Source of the DNA: an uncultured Solibacteraceae bacterium
Lineage (GTDB): Bacteria; Acidobacteriota; Holophagae; Holophagales; Holophagaceae
Length of the DNA: 64,000 nucleotides
Assembly: GCA_964617215.1 (NCBI GenBank)
Contig: CAZTVL010000004.1
Location: forward strand, 139,131-203,130
Direction of reading: 5' to 3'
Shown here: in pieces, positions 28,190-36,969 of the stretch
Layout: every line of letters starts with the position of its first letter
Position numbering within the stretch: position 1 is the stretch's first letter
Translations under genes and position numbers: made by a program
Notes under the pieces: generated by a model
The model's database searches: none
Told to the model about the DNA's origin: nothing
The model's input: the letters and a program-made list of their open reading frames with translations, nothing else

Positions 28190-28237
28190 CGACGAAATCC
28201 ACCCACCCTGAACCCTCCATTCGCAGCAGGAGCTCCA

Positions 28238-28852
28238 ATGCGGAAATGCGTTTCATTGATTCTGTTTTGGGCGTCCGCCGCCAATTTCGGGGTGGCCCAA
28301 CAGGGGCTTACCCTAAAAGCCAAGGCAAGTTTTCAACCCGCGAAAGTGAGCTATTCAGACTTCAAAGAATTGGTCACAGAAGTGGAAGCCCACCGAGCCC
28401 AACGCCTCATCGACTTGAACACCTTTTTGAAAATGAGCCGGGAGCCTGGGGTCATCATCCTCGATACTCGGTCGACCTTTCGATTCGATCGAATTCACCT
28501 CAAAGGCGCGAAGCACCTTTGTTTCACGGACTTCACCCAGGACAATCTGAGCAAGGTCATTCCTTCGTTTGCCACAAAGGTGCTGATCTACTGCAACAAC
28601 AACTTTGATGGCAATCAGATCGATTTTGCGACCAAGGCCGCGCTGCCAAATTCCAAGCCTTCAAGCCGACCGCTGCTCACCCCTGAGGCAACCCAACTAG
28701 CCTCTCAGGCCAAGCCTAGAATGATGGCGCTCAACATCCCGACGTACATCAATCTCTTTGGCTATGGCTATCGTGAGGTGTATGAGCTGAATGAGCTGGT
28801 CAACGTGACCGACCCGAGGATTGCCTTCGAAGGCTCTGTCGTCAGGAAGTAA
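28238..28852 (+). CDS. rhodanese-like domain protein (secreted)
   Basis: 204-aa ORF with a signal peptide (MRKCVSLILFWASAANFGVA). VIILDTRSTFRFDRIHLKGAKH...VLIYCNNNFDG follows the rhodanese fold pattern. The DNA is visibly AT-richer than its flanks. Confidence 0.65.
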   Translation: MRKCVSLILFWASAANFGVAQQGLTLKAKASFQPAKVSYSDFKELVTEVEAHRAQRLIDLNTFLKMSREPGVIILDTRSTFRFDRIHLKGAKHLCFTDFTQDNLSKVIPSFATKVLIYCNNNFDGNQIDFATKAALPNSKPSSRPLLTPEATQLASQAKPRMMALNIPTYINLFGYGYREVYELNELVNVTDPRIAFEGSVVRK

Positions 28853-28903
28853 AAGGAATCGGGTTATCCCAGGTCAGGCTGGCCGAATAACCCCTCAATG
28901 CCC

Positions 28904-29899
28904 CTACTTCGTCCGATCCAACAGAATCGTCGGGATTCCCATGAGCAGCTTCTTGGTGGAGGCATCCCCCTCCACCTTGCTCAAGGCGGCCATGGCGCGA
29001 TCTGAAGCCCCCTGGGCGAGATCGCGGGTCTCCTTCAGGGCGTCGTGGCGATCGATGAGGGCGCGGAGGGCCTTCTCTTCCTCGGCCGGGATGGGCACTT
29101 CCTCACCGCGATCCCAGATGCGGCGGATGAAGGGGTGTACCTCGTCGTGGGCCTTCTCCAGCAGGGTGAGCATGGGCAGCGTGAGCTTGCCTTCGCGGAG
29201 GTCACTGAAGGCGGGTTTGCCCAGCTGCTCGCTGGTGGCGGTGTAATCCAGCAGGTCATCCACCAACTGAAAGGCACGGCCGATCTCCAGACCATAGGCG
29301 CGCATGGCGGCGCAATCCTCGGGGCTGCGGCCCGTGAGCACGGCGCCGGTCTCGGTGCAGCCCCCGAAGAGCAGGGCCGTCTTCCGCTCCTGGATGTCGA
29401 AGTAATCCTTGCGGCTCGTATCCAGCTTGAAGAGCACATCGTTCTGGATGAGCTCGCCCTCGGTCATGCGGCGGGTCACCTCGGCGAGGATCTCCATCAT
29501 CCGCCAGCTGCGCCCCTGGATGGCCTCATCCATGGCCACGAGGTAGAGCAGATCCCCGAAGAGCACCGTGAGGGTATTGCCCCAGAGGCGGTTGAGGGTG
29601 GGCTTGCCTCGCCGCAGCTGGGCGTGGTCGATGACATCGTCGTGGACCAGCGTGGCCGTGTGGATCAGTTCGAAGACCGCGCCGAAGCGGATGTCCTCCT
29701 TGCCCTGATGCCCCGCAAACTTGGCCCCGAGCAGCACCAGCGCCGGGCGCAGCCGCTTGCCTTGGCCACCCCGCACGTGGGTCGCCAGCTTATCGACCAC
29801 TGGGACTTCCGAACGCAGGATGCGCTGCAGCTCATCTTCCACCTGGGACAATTTGCCCTGGATGGGGAGGAAGTAGCGGAGGAGGTCGAGGCGGGACAT
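28904..29899 (-). CDS. polyprenyl diphosphate synthase (long-chain, hepta/octaprenyl type)
   Basis: 331-aa ORF with the first DDxxD motif in LVHDDVIDHAQLRRG and the second in FQLVDDLLDY. Confidence 0.85.
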   Translation of the reverse strand: MSRLDLLRYFLPIQGKLSQVEDELQRILRSEVPVVDKLATHVRGGQGKRLRPALVLLGAKFAGHQGKEDIRFGAVFELIHTATLVHDDVIDHAQLRRGKPTLNRLWGNTLTVLFGDLLYLVAMDEAIQGRSWRMMEILAEVTRRMTEGELIQNDVLFKLDTSRKDYFDIQERKTALLFGGCTETGAVLTGRSPEDCAAMRAYGLEIGRAFQLVDDLLDYTATSEQLGKPAFSDLREGKLTLPMLTLLEKAHDEVHPFIRRIWDRGEEVPIPAEEEKALRALIDRHDALKETRDLAQGASDRAMAALSKVEGDASTKKLLMGIPTILLDRTK

Positions 29900-29906
29900 A
29901 GGATTT

Positions 29907-30003
29907 AAAATCTAACCACGAAGGCACGAAAGAACCGAAGGCCACAAAAGGGAATGTCGCTTCGTGGCCTTGTTCATTTTTCGTGCCTTCGTGGTGGGAT
30001 TTT
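29907..30003. repeat. long imperfect palindrome abutting the yajQ stop codon
   Basis: The left arm AAAATCTAACCACGAAGGCACGAAAGAACCGAAGGCCAC pairs with GTGGCCTTGTTCATTTTTCGTGCCTTCGTGGTGGGATTTT. The arms are built of CGAAG/CGAAA units. Confidence 0.8.
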
Positions 30004-30507
30004 CTAGCCGCGGTAGTTCGTGAACTGGAGATCGATGGCGAGCTTTTCCTGTTCCTTCTTGAAGACCGCCATGGCCTCCTGCAGGTCGTCCTTGCTCTTA
30101 CCGGTGATGCGGAGCTGATCGCCCTGGATGGCGCCCTGCACCTTGAGCTTGGCGGTCTTGATGGCGGCCACGAGGGCCTTGGCCTTGTCGCCGGGGATGC
30201 CCTGGTTGATCTTCACTTCCTGGCGGGCGCTGCCCTTGGTACCGGCTTCGATCTTGCCGAATTCCATGGCGAGGATGCTCACCCCGCGCTTGTGAAGCTT
30301 GCTCTGGAGCACGTCGATCACGGCCTTGAGCTTGATCTCGTCATCGCTGGTGAGGATGAGGGCGGTGCCCTCTTTGATCTCGATCTTCGAGATGGAGCCT
30401 TTGAAATCGTAGCGTTGCCCGATCTCCTTCATGGCCTGGTCCACCGCATTGCGGACCTCGGACATGTCCACCTTGGACACCACGTCAAAGCTGTATTCGC
30501 TGGCCAT
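30004..30507 (-). CDS. yajQ: YajQ family nucleotide-binding protein
   Basis: 167-aa ORF. MASEYSFDVVSKVDMSEVRNAVDQAMKEIGQRYDFKGS is the YajQ N-terminal signature. Confidence 0.85.
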   Translation of the reverse strand: MASEYSFDVVSKVDMSEVRNAVDQAMKEIGQRYDFKGSISKIEIKEGTALILTSDDEIKLKAVIDVLQSKLHKRGVSILAMEFGKIEAGTKGSARQEVKINQGIPGDKAKALVAAIKTAKLKVQGAIQGDQLRITGKSKDDLQEAMAVFKKEQEKLAIDLQFTNYRG

Positions 30508-30546
30508 GAGCTTGCCTCCAACCCTATTAATGTAACGCGGATCCGC

Positions 30547-31638
30547 CTATTCGGCGCCTTTGCCCGATCCCAGGCTCCGGAAGAAAGCCACCGTGGACAG
30601 GCGGATGCCGACGATCAGCACGGCCTCATCCCGGCCATTCCGGCCCTTGGACACATACCCTTCCGTGTAAAAATCCCCGCTGGCGCCCTCGCTTCCGAAT
30701 TGGGTGAGTACCACGCGGCCCCGGATGAACAGGCGGTCCTTGGCCAGGAAGAGGGGGTCCCGGACGTAGGCCACCTCGGCGAAGGAGCCACGGAGGGCCC
30801 CCACTTCCTGGCGTACGGTGGCTCCCATGCGCCACCGACTGCGAAACGAATCCTGATCCTGGGTGGAGCCATCGGGCCCCACGGCGGGAGCGCTGTAGCC
30901 GACCATGCCCACGGCCCCTTCCAGGCCCCAGCTCACGCGATCATTGAGGGCCTGCATCCACCAGCCACCGATCTCCGCCCGCACCTGGCCAGTGGTGGTG
31001 ATGATGTTCACGGCCTCACTCTGCTCCACGCTGCTGCTCTGGAAGCTCAAGGTGCCAAACGTCTCCACCCACTGATCGGATTCCGGTTTGCGGAAGGTCT
31101 GCCGGATGTCCAGGGCCACGTAGGGCCTGCTTTTGCTGAAGAACCCGCCGTTGGTGCCCTGCTCCCGGAAGAGGCTGCTGAACTGGAACCCGCCGTAGAG
31201 GTCCACCTTGAGTTCGTCGGCGTCGATCTGCTGGGGATCATGCTTGGCGCGGAGCCGGGCGATGATGCGATCCAGGCTGCGGAGGCCATCCAGGATCCGA
31301 GTCTGGGCATCCGTCACGGCCTCCATGTCCCGGGCGATGGGGCTGCGCTCCTGGCTGAGCCCCTTGAGCAAGGCGCGGGCATCGATGAGATCCCGCTCCG
31401 CGGCGTCGATCTGGCGCTTCAGGCTGCGCTGTTGTTCCCGCAACCGGCGGAAGAAGGGGTGGACATGCTCCGACCCCAGGCTCTTGATGCGGGCGAGGAG
31501 CTCTTCCCCATATTTGGGATTGGGCCGGGCGCCCGCCCAAATTGACGGTGGCTGGGGAACGCCCGCTTCGGGATCCAGGGCCTGCCCGAGCAGGGGTACG
31601 GCAAGACAGAGTAGGGCTGCGGTCGGTCGCATGATCAT
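30547..31638 (-). CDS. secreted hypothetical protein (coiled-coil N-terminal part, beta-rich C-terminal part)
   Basis: 363-aa ORF with a signal peptide (MIMRPTAALLCLAVPLLGQA). The C-terminal half has an alternating hydrophobic pattern suggestive of a beta-barrel. I recognise no family. Confidence 0.5.
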   Translation of the reverse strand: MIMRPTAALLCLAVPLLGQALDPEAGVPQPPSIWAGARPNPKYGEELLARIKSLGSEHVHPFFRRLREQQRSLKRQIDAAERDLIDARALLKGLSQERSPIARDMEAVTDAQTRILDGLRSLDRIIARLRAKHDPQQIDADELKVDLYGGFQFSSLFREQGTNGGFFSKSRPYVALDIRQTFRKPESDQWVETFGTLSFQSSSVEQSEAVNIITTTGQVRAEIGGWWMQALNDRVSWGLEGAVGMVGYSAPAVGPDGSTQDQDSFRSRWRMGATVRQEVGALRGSFAEVAYVRDPLFLAKDRLFIRGRVVLTQFGSEGASGDFYTEGYVSKGRNGRDEAVLIVGIRLSTVAFFRSLGSGKGAE

Positions 31639-31659
31639 CCGGGGTGGGCCCCCAGTTTC

Positions 31660-32568
31660 TCACACCGGCAGGGCATCCACATTGCCACCGCACACCACGG
31701 CGCCGATGGGTCCCGGCTCCGGGCAGGCCCCCCGCATGAGGGCAGCCACCGTCACGGCTCCACCGGGTTCCACGCCGATGCGAAGCTGGCTCCAGAGCCA
31801 GGCCTGGGCTTCAGCGATGGCCGCCTCATCCACCAGGATCGTGGGCTCCGCACGCTCCCGCAGGATCGACCAGGCCAGCGCCCCCAGGCTGGGAGCCCCC
31901 AGGCTCGTGCGGGCCGCGCCCTCAGCTTTCACCGGCACGGGGTGACCCGCTCGCTGGGCTTCGAACAGTCCAGGGCAGCCCTCAGGCTCCACGGGCATCA
32001 CCCGAGCCTCGTCCCCCAGGGCCAGGGCCACGCCCGCAGGGAAGCCACCGCCCCCAACGGCCACCAACCATTGGCCCACCTGGGGGGCCTGCTCCAACAG
32101 CTCCAATCCCAGGGTGCCTTGGCCGGCCACCGTGGGCACTTGGTCGTAGGGGTGCACCAGGGGCCACCCTGTGGCCGCCACCTGGGCCTCCGCCGCCGCG
32201 AAGGCTTCGCCAGGCACGGTGCCCACCAGGTGGAGGTCCGCCCCCAGGGCCTGCATGGCCGCGATCTTGGACTGGGCCGCCGTGGTCGGCACGTAGATGT
32301 GAGCCCGCTTCCCCAGCCGCGCCGCCGCCCAGGCCACGGCCAACCCGTGATTGCCGCCGCTGCAGGCGATGAGGTCGGTCTCTCCCAATTGCAGCAGGCT
32401 GTTCACGGCCCCCCGGGGTTTGAAGGAGCCCGTGATCTGAAGGGATTCGAGCTTCAGGATCACCCCGCGGGGCCCCTGGGGCGTGGGGAGTTCCACCGTC
32501 ACGATCGGGGTGAGGCGCAGGTGCCCCTGGATCCTCGCCCGGGCTTCCAGAACCTGTTGGCGTTCCAT
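31660..32568 (-). CDS. PLP-dependent serine/threonine dehydratase family protein
   Basis: 302 aa from the ATG at 32568 (MERQQVLEARARIQGHLRLTP). It has the SLQITGSFKPRGA PLP-lysine motif and a GGNHG loop. There is an ATGA overlap with the NUDIX gene. Confidence 0.8.
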   Translation of the reverse strand: MERQQVLEARARIQGHLRLTPIVTVELPTPQGPRGVILKLESLQITGSFKPRGAVNSLLQLGETDLIACSGGNHGLAVAWAAARLGKRAHIYVPTTAAQSKIAAMQALGADLHLVGTVPGEAFAAAEAQVAATGWPLVHPYDQVPTVAGQGTLGLELLEQAPQVGQWLVAVGGGGFPAGVALALGDEARVMPVEPEGCPGLFEAQRAGHPVPVKAEGAARTSLGAPSLGALAWSILRERAEPTILVDEAAIAEAQAWLWSQLRIGVEPGGAVTVAALMRGACPEPGPIGAVVCGGNVDALPV

Positions 32569-33173
32569 CAGAACCCCTGCCTCGATCGGAATTCGACCCA
32601 GCCATCCCACTGCTGGAGCTTGAAGATCGCCGTGAGCACCAGCGCGTGGTGGATGCGCCCCTCTCGCATCAGCCCTTCCCACTCGGACCAGGCGCAGGCC
32701 CAGACCCGCAATTCTTCCGCCGCATCCAACTCCAGTTCGCCCACGGGACGGCAATCCAACGCCAAGAAGGTATGGCAGCGGTTGGTGAGCGTGGCGGGGT
32801 TGGGGGTGCAGGAGCCCAGGGAGATGAGCGTTCCCGCTTCATACCCCGTCTCCTCCCGCAGCTCCCGGGCCGCGCTTTCCAGGGGCGTTTCCCCCTCATC
32901 GCAGGACCCCCCGGGCACTTCCAAGGTCGCTTCATCGATGCCGTGCCGGAACTGCTCCACCACCAGCAACTCGCCCTCCGGCGTGAAGGCCACCACATTC
33001 ACCCAATCCGGCCCCTGCAGCCGGTAGAACGAGTGCCGGTGTTCCGTGTGCGGGCTCCGCCGCCGGGCCACGATCTGCCGGAAGAGACGGCTGTCCTGGC
33101 GGATGTCTTCCGACTCCTGGATCCAGGGCTGGGCTGGATCGAAACCCTCGGAGTGGGAGCGGAGCAGGCGCAT
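32568..33173 (-). CDS. NUDIX hydrolase
   Basis: 201-aa ORF containing the Nudix box GGSCDEGETPLESAARELREETGY. Confidence 0.85.
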   Translation of the reverse strand: MRLLRSHSEGFDPAQPWIQESEDIRQDSRLFRQIVARRRSPHTEHRHSFYRLQGPDWVNVVAFTPEGELLVVEQFRHGIDEATLEVPGGSCDEGETPLESAARELREETGYEAGTLISLGSCTPNPATLTNRCHTFLALDCRPVGELELDAAEELRVWACAWSEWEGLMREGRIHHALVLTAIFKLQQWDGWVEFRSRQGF

Positions 33174-33204
33174 GGGGCCATTATGGGCCAGGCTGTCGGC
33201 TCTC

Positions 33205-33298
33205 GAACGCGAAGAGCGCTAAGAAATGCGCGAAGGGCGCCAAGGTAAGCCCGGCTCTCTTCGCGCTCTTGGCGCATTTCTTAGCGCTCTTCGCGTTC
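33205..33298. repeat. long palindrome downstream of udk
   Basis: A perfect 27-nt inverted repeat: GAACGCGAAGAGCGCTAAGAAATGCGC and GCGCATTTCTTAGCGCTCTTCGCGTTC. Further inner pairings are possible (GCGCCAAG/CTTGGCGC). Confidence 0.85.
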
Positions 33299-33306
33299 CG
33301 TGCGGA

Positions 33307-33963
33307 TCAGTGCGCCTCGCCGCGCTCCAGCTTGCCGAGGATGTGGTGCAGCAGCATGTCCAAGGCCGTTTTATTCTCGACGCCGGTGGGCACGATGATG
33401 TCGGCCCAGCGCTTGCTCGGCTCCACGAACTCCATGTGCATGGGGCGCACGCTACCCAAATATTGCTTCACCACGCTGTCGAGGCTGCGACCCCGTTCGG
33501 ACATGTCCCGCTCGATGCGACGGAGGATGCGGATGTCAGCGTCCGTATCCACGAAGACCTTCACATCCAGCTGCTCCCGGATCTCCGGGAGGGCGAAGAG
33601 CACGAGACCCTCCAGGATCACCACGGGGCCGGGGGCCATGGCCTCTTCCCAGCCCGTGCGATCGGACACGGTGAAATCGTAGATGGGCTTGCAGATCTCC
33701 TCGCCCCGCTTCAGGGCCTCGAGGTGACCGGCCATGAGCTCCACATCCCAGGCCTTGGGGTGGTCGTAGTTGATGGGGTTGGGCGCGAAGCGGGCCTTGT
33801 TGATCTCCTTGGGGGCGTAGTACGCGTCCATGTCAAGGAGAGTGACGTCCACCTTCCGCCGCTTCAGGCGGCGGATGAGTTCCCGCGCCACGGAGGTCTT
33901 CCCGCTGCCGGACCCTCCGACGATTCCCACCAGCCAAGGTTTTTCAGGCACAGCGACCTCCAC
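33307..33963 (-). CDS. udk: uridine kinase
   Basis: 218-aa ORF with the P-loop VGIVGGSGSGKTS and family motifs FVDTDADIRILRRIERD. Confidence 0.85.
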   Translation of the reverse strand: MEVAVPEKPWLVGIVGGSGSGKTSVARELIRRLKRRKVDVTLLDMDAYYAPKEINKARFAPNPINYDHPKAWDVELMAGHLEALKRGEEICKPIYDFTVSDRTGWEEAMAPGPVVILEGLVLFALPEIREQLDVKVFVDTDADIRILRRIERDMSERGRSLDSVVKQYLGSVRPMHMEFVEPSKRWADIIVPTGVENKTALDMLLHHILGKLERGEAH

Positions 33964-34022
33964 TTTCCATTGTGCCCCGGTCCGGGTCCCCGGAACGCCC
34001 CCTCTGTGCTACCTTTCCCTCC

Positions 34023-34643
34023 ATGCGCCCCCTTCTCGTGCCCGCCGTCCTGGTCCTGGCCCTTGGAATCGGCTGCGATTCCGAGGATCCCAAGCTTCCC
34101 GCCCAGCTCTACGAGGAGGCCCGTCAGGCCAACCTCCAGGGCAAGGGGCTCGAGGCGCGGGTGATGATGAAGAACCTCATCTCCTCCTATCCCGATAGCC
34201 CCGCAGCCCAGCAGGCCAAGGGCGACCTGATGATCATCGACACCTTGATCAAGCGGGAGCAGGATCAGCAGCTCCAGCGGGTGCGCGGCGACCTCCGCCA
34301 CCTGAACGACGCCCTGAGCCGCCACCGGTCCAAGAAGGGTGAATATCCTGCCAGCCTGGGCGATCTGGTGCCCGAATACCTGGATCGCGTGCCCGAGACA
34401 CCCTGGGGCCACCCCTACCTCTACCGCCCCTTTGTCTCCAAGCCCATCCAGGACGTGCAGGTGAAGCGCGGCCCCGTGCGCCAGGTCTTCAACACCAAGT
34501 TCGATGCCTACTACCTCTCCTGCCTCGGCAAAGACATGACCCCCGGAGGTGAGGGACTTGCCCAGGACATCCTCATCAACACCGGCGACACCATCAAGGA
34601 AGCCTGGCTTCCGCCGATCCCGGGGCCTCAGCCGGTCCGGTAG
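34023..34643 (+). CDS. lipoprotein with T2SS GspG-like C-terminal domain
   Basis: The ATG at 34023 (MRPLLVPAVLVLALGIGC) begins a lipobox signal. The C-terminal LNDALSRHRSKKGEYPASLGDLVPEYLDRVPETPWGHPYLYRP...CLGKDMTPGGEGLAQDI follows the GspG pseudopilin globular-domain pattern, but there is no prepilin N-terminus. Confidence 0.6.
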   Translation: MRPLLVPAVLVLALGIGCDSEDPKLPAQLYEEARQANLQGKGLEARVMMKNLISSYPDSPAAQQAKGDLMIIDTLIKREQDQQLQRVRGDLRHLNDALSRHRSKKGEYPASLGDLVPEYLDRVPETPWGHPYLYRPFVSKPIQDVQVKRGPVRQVFNTKFDAYYLSCLGKDMTPGGEGLAQDILINTGDTIKEAWLPPIPGPQPVR

Positions 34644-34647
34644 CCTC

Positions 34648-34844
34648 AAAAAGCGGGCTGGTCACAGAGGGCACAGAGCGAGCACAGAGGACACAGAAAA
34701 AGCCTTTGTCGATGCTGGGCCCATTAGACCCAGACCCGATGGAAGCCGAGAAAGAAGGAGGGCACAGGAATCAATCCTGCGCCCTCCTTCTTTTCCTCTG
34801 TGTCCTCTGTGCTCGCTCTGTGTCCTCTGTGACCAGCGCTTTTT
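34648..34844. repeat. nested long palindrome between convergent genes (A5...T5 flanked)
   Basis: The outer arms are about 50 nt built of CACAGAG units (GGTCACAGAGGGCACAGAGCGAGCACAGAGGACACAGA / TCTGTGTCCTCTGTGCTCGCTCTGTGTCCTCTGTGACC). An inner palindrome GAAAGAAGGAGGGC...GCCCTCCTTCTTTT lies between them. The right end touches the tdh stop. Confidence 0.85.
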
Positions 34845-35877
34845 ACTTAACACCCCAATCCAGGACCACTTTGCCACTCTGCCCGCTGCGCATGGCGTCG
34901 AAGCCCTTCTGGAAATCCTCGATGCCGTAGCGGTGGGTGATGATGGGGCTGAGGTCCAGACCGCTCTGGAGCATCGCGACCATCTTGTACCAGGTCTCGA
35001 ACATCTCGCGGCCGTAGATGCCCTTGATGACGAGCCCCTTGAAGATTACCTGGCTCCAGTCGATGGCCTGCTCGCCGGGCATGATGCCCAACATGGCGAT
35101 CTTGCCGCCGTGGTTCATGGTGTCGAGCATCTGGCGGAAGGCGCGGGCATTGCCGCTCATCTCCAGGCCCACATCGAAGCCCTCGGTCATGCCCAGGTTC
35201 TGCATCACCTGCTTGAGGTCGTCCTTGGCCACGTTGACGGCCGCCGTGGCGCCCATCTTCTTCGCCAGGTCCAAGCGGTAGTCGTTCACATCAGTAATGA
35301 CGACGTGGCGCGCGCCCACGTGCTTGGCGATGGCGGCGGCCATGATGCCGATGGGGCCCGCGCCGGTGATGAGCACATCCTCGCCCACGAGGTCGAAGCT
35401 CAGGGCCGTGTGGGCAGCATTGCCATAGGGGTCGAAGATGGCGGCCAGGTCATCGGGGATGTTGTCCGGGATGGCGTAGACGTTTTCAGCGGGAATGACC
35501 AGGTACTCCGCGAAGGAACCCGGGCGGTTCACGCCCACACCGATGGTGTTGCGGCAGAGGTGGCGCTTGCCCGCCCGGCAGTTGCGGCAGAAGTGGCAGG
35601 TCAGATGCCCTTCCCCGCTCACGCGATCACCGGGCTTGAAGGCCTCCACCTCGGAGCCCACCTTCTCCACGATGCCGAAGTACTCGTGGCCCACCACCAT
35701 TGGCACGGGGATCGTCTTCTGGCTCCACTCGTCCCAGTTGTAGATGTGTACGTCCGTGCCGCAGATGGCCGTTTTGTGGATGCGGATCATCACATCCCGC
35801 ACGCCCATCTCGGGCTTGGGGGCGTCATTGGTGATCCAGATGCCTTCTTCGGACTTGGACTTGATCAGGGCTTTCAT
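34843..35877 (-). CDS. tdh: L-threonine 3-dehydrogenase
   Basis: Starts at ATG 35877 ([22 protein letters not shown], as in enteric Tdh). It is a Zn-ADH family member with the GHEYFGIV motif and a GAGPIG Rossmann motif. Confidence 0.9.
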   Translation of the reverse strand: MKALIKSKSEEGIWITNDAPKPEMGVRDVMIRIHKTAICGTDVHIYNWDEWSQKTIPVPMVVGHEYFGIVEKVGSEVEAFKPGDRVSGEGHLTCHFCRNCRAGKRHLCRNTIGVGVNRPGSFAEYLVIPAENVYAIPDNIPDDLAAIFDPYGNAAHTALSFDLVGEDVLITGAGPIGIMAAAIAKHVGARHVVITDVNDYRLDLAKKMGATAAVNVAKDDLKQVMQNLGMTEGFDVGLEMSGNARAFRQMLDTMNHGGKIAMLGIMPGEQAIDWSQVIFKGLVIKGIYGREMFETWYKMVAMLQSGLDLSPIITHRYGIEDFQKGFDAMRSGQSGKVVLDWGVK

Positions 35878-36015
35878 GGGCGTCTCCAACAAACCATTTC
35901 ACCATCAAGTCGCAAGGGAGCCAAACCAGAGGTCAACCGATGCCTACCCCCTCCATTAGACATCCAGGTTCAGATTAGAGAGGTCGTGGTAGTTTTCTCC
36001 AATCATCCAAAGCCC

Positions 36016-36969
36016 ATGAGCCAACTCTCGAGCACGATTCCGACTCTGGTCCTCTGCGCGCTGTCCATGCTGGCGGGACAGCCCAAGGGGTCAGGGTTCC
36101 CTGTGGCCATGGCCTTTGCCAAGGGGCCACAACGGTTCGTTTGGTCACCCACCACAGGCGTACGGCCCGTGATTTGGGCCAAAGGCCAGAGAACCTTTGA
36201 TGAGGCCATTTCCCCAGATGGTTTGGCGCTTGCCATCACTCTGTACGGGCCCGAATCCCAATCAGGGCACACCACCCGGAGCATTGCCATCTGTGACGGG
36301 CCCCAATTATCGCCTCGCATTCTCGATTCCATTCCAGGTGACAACAGTTATGGACCTGTCTGGTCACCGACGGGTAGTAAGTTGGCGTTCCGGCACTGGA
36401 CTGGGTCGAAATGGCAGGTAGCGATCGTGCATCGCGATGGAAGTGGTTTTCGAATTCTGGACTCGCGAGAATGGAAGACACTTGTCATTGCCCTGGATCT
36501 CATCTGGACCCCGGAGGAGACATCCCTCTGGATTTGTGATGGGGATGGAATGATCCGGGTCGATTTTGAGGGGAACCAACTCGAATCGTTGTCTTGGTCT
36601 TCGTTGGGACTAGAGGTCCATCACGGAGAGTCCATGTTCGCGAAGTCCCCTGATGGGAATTTCCTGGCAATACTCGTGGACGACCCACCCGCAGGGCCCA
36701 AGGAGTGGTGTGACCCCACGTTCTCACTTTGGATCGTCAATTTGGGGACTATGACGAAAACCCCGGTCCGCCGAAGGATTCGTGAAGCGGCAGGCCTCGG
36801 CTGGGTCCCCGGGACGGGTGATCTAATCCTCGAGGCCCGCGGCCCCAAGGGCCAGGGCATCTACCGTATTTCAGCGACCCCAAATAATCATTGGAAATGG
36901 AGTTTATGTGTGCCCGGGGGTCATGCACCCAGTTTGGCGGCAAGGCCCCCTGCTTCGGTAGACCCTTAG
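36016..36969 (+). CDS. PD40/TolB-like beta-propeller repeat protein (secreted)
   Basis: Only the C-terminal 317 codons of ORF 34549..36969 look genuine ([21 protein letters not shown] signal). It has repeats [19 protein letters not shown] and KSPDGNFLA. The DNA is AT-richer than its neighbours. Confidence 0.65.
   Translation: MSQLSSTIPTLVLCALSMLAGQPKGSGFPVAMAFAKGPQRFVWSPTTGVRPVIWAKGQRTFDEAISPDGLALAITLYGPESQSGHTTRSIAICDGPQLSPRILDSIPGDNSYGPVWSPTGSKLAFRHWTGSKWQVAIVHRDGSGFRILDSREWKTLVIALDLIWTPEETSLWICDGDGMIRVDFEGNQLESLSWSSLGLEVHHGESMFAKSPDGNFLAILVDDPPAGPKEWCDPTFSLWIVNLGTMTKTPVRRRIREAAGLGWVPGTGDLILEARGPKGQGIYRISATPNNHWKWSLCVPGGHAPSLAARPPASVDP

Noticed and set aside
34706-34930. 74-aa ORF inside the nested palindrome between the GspG-like gene and tdh.
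   Set aside because: Its sequence is dictated by the palindrome arms (CVLCARSVSSV from the CACAGAG units), and it runs into the antisense of tdh. It is not credible as a gene.
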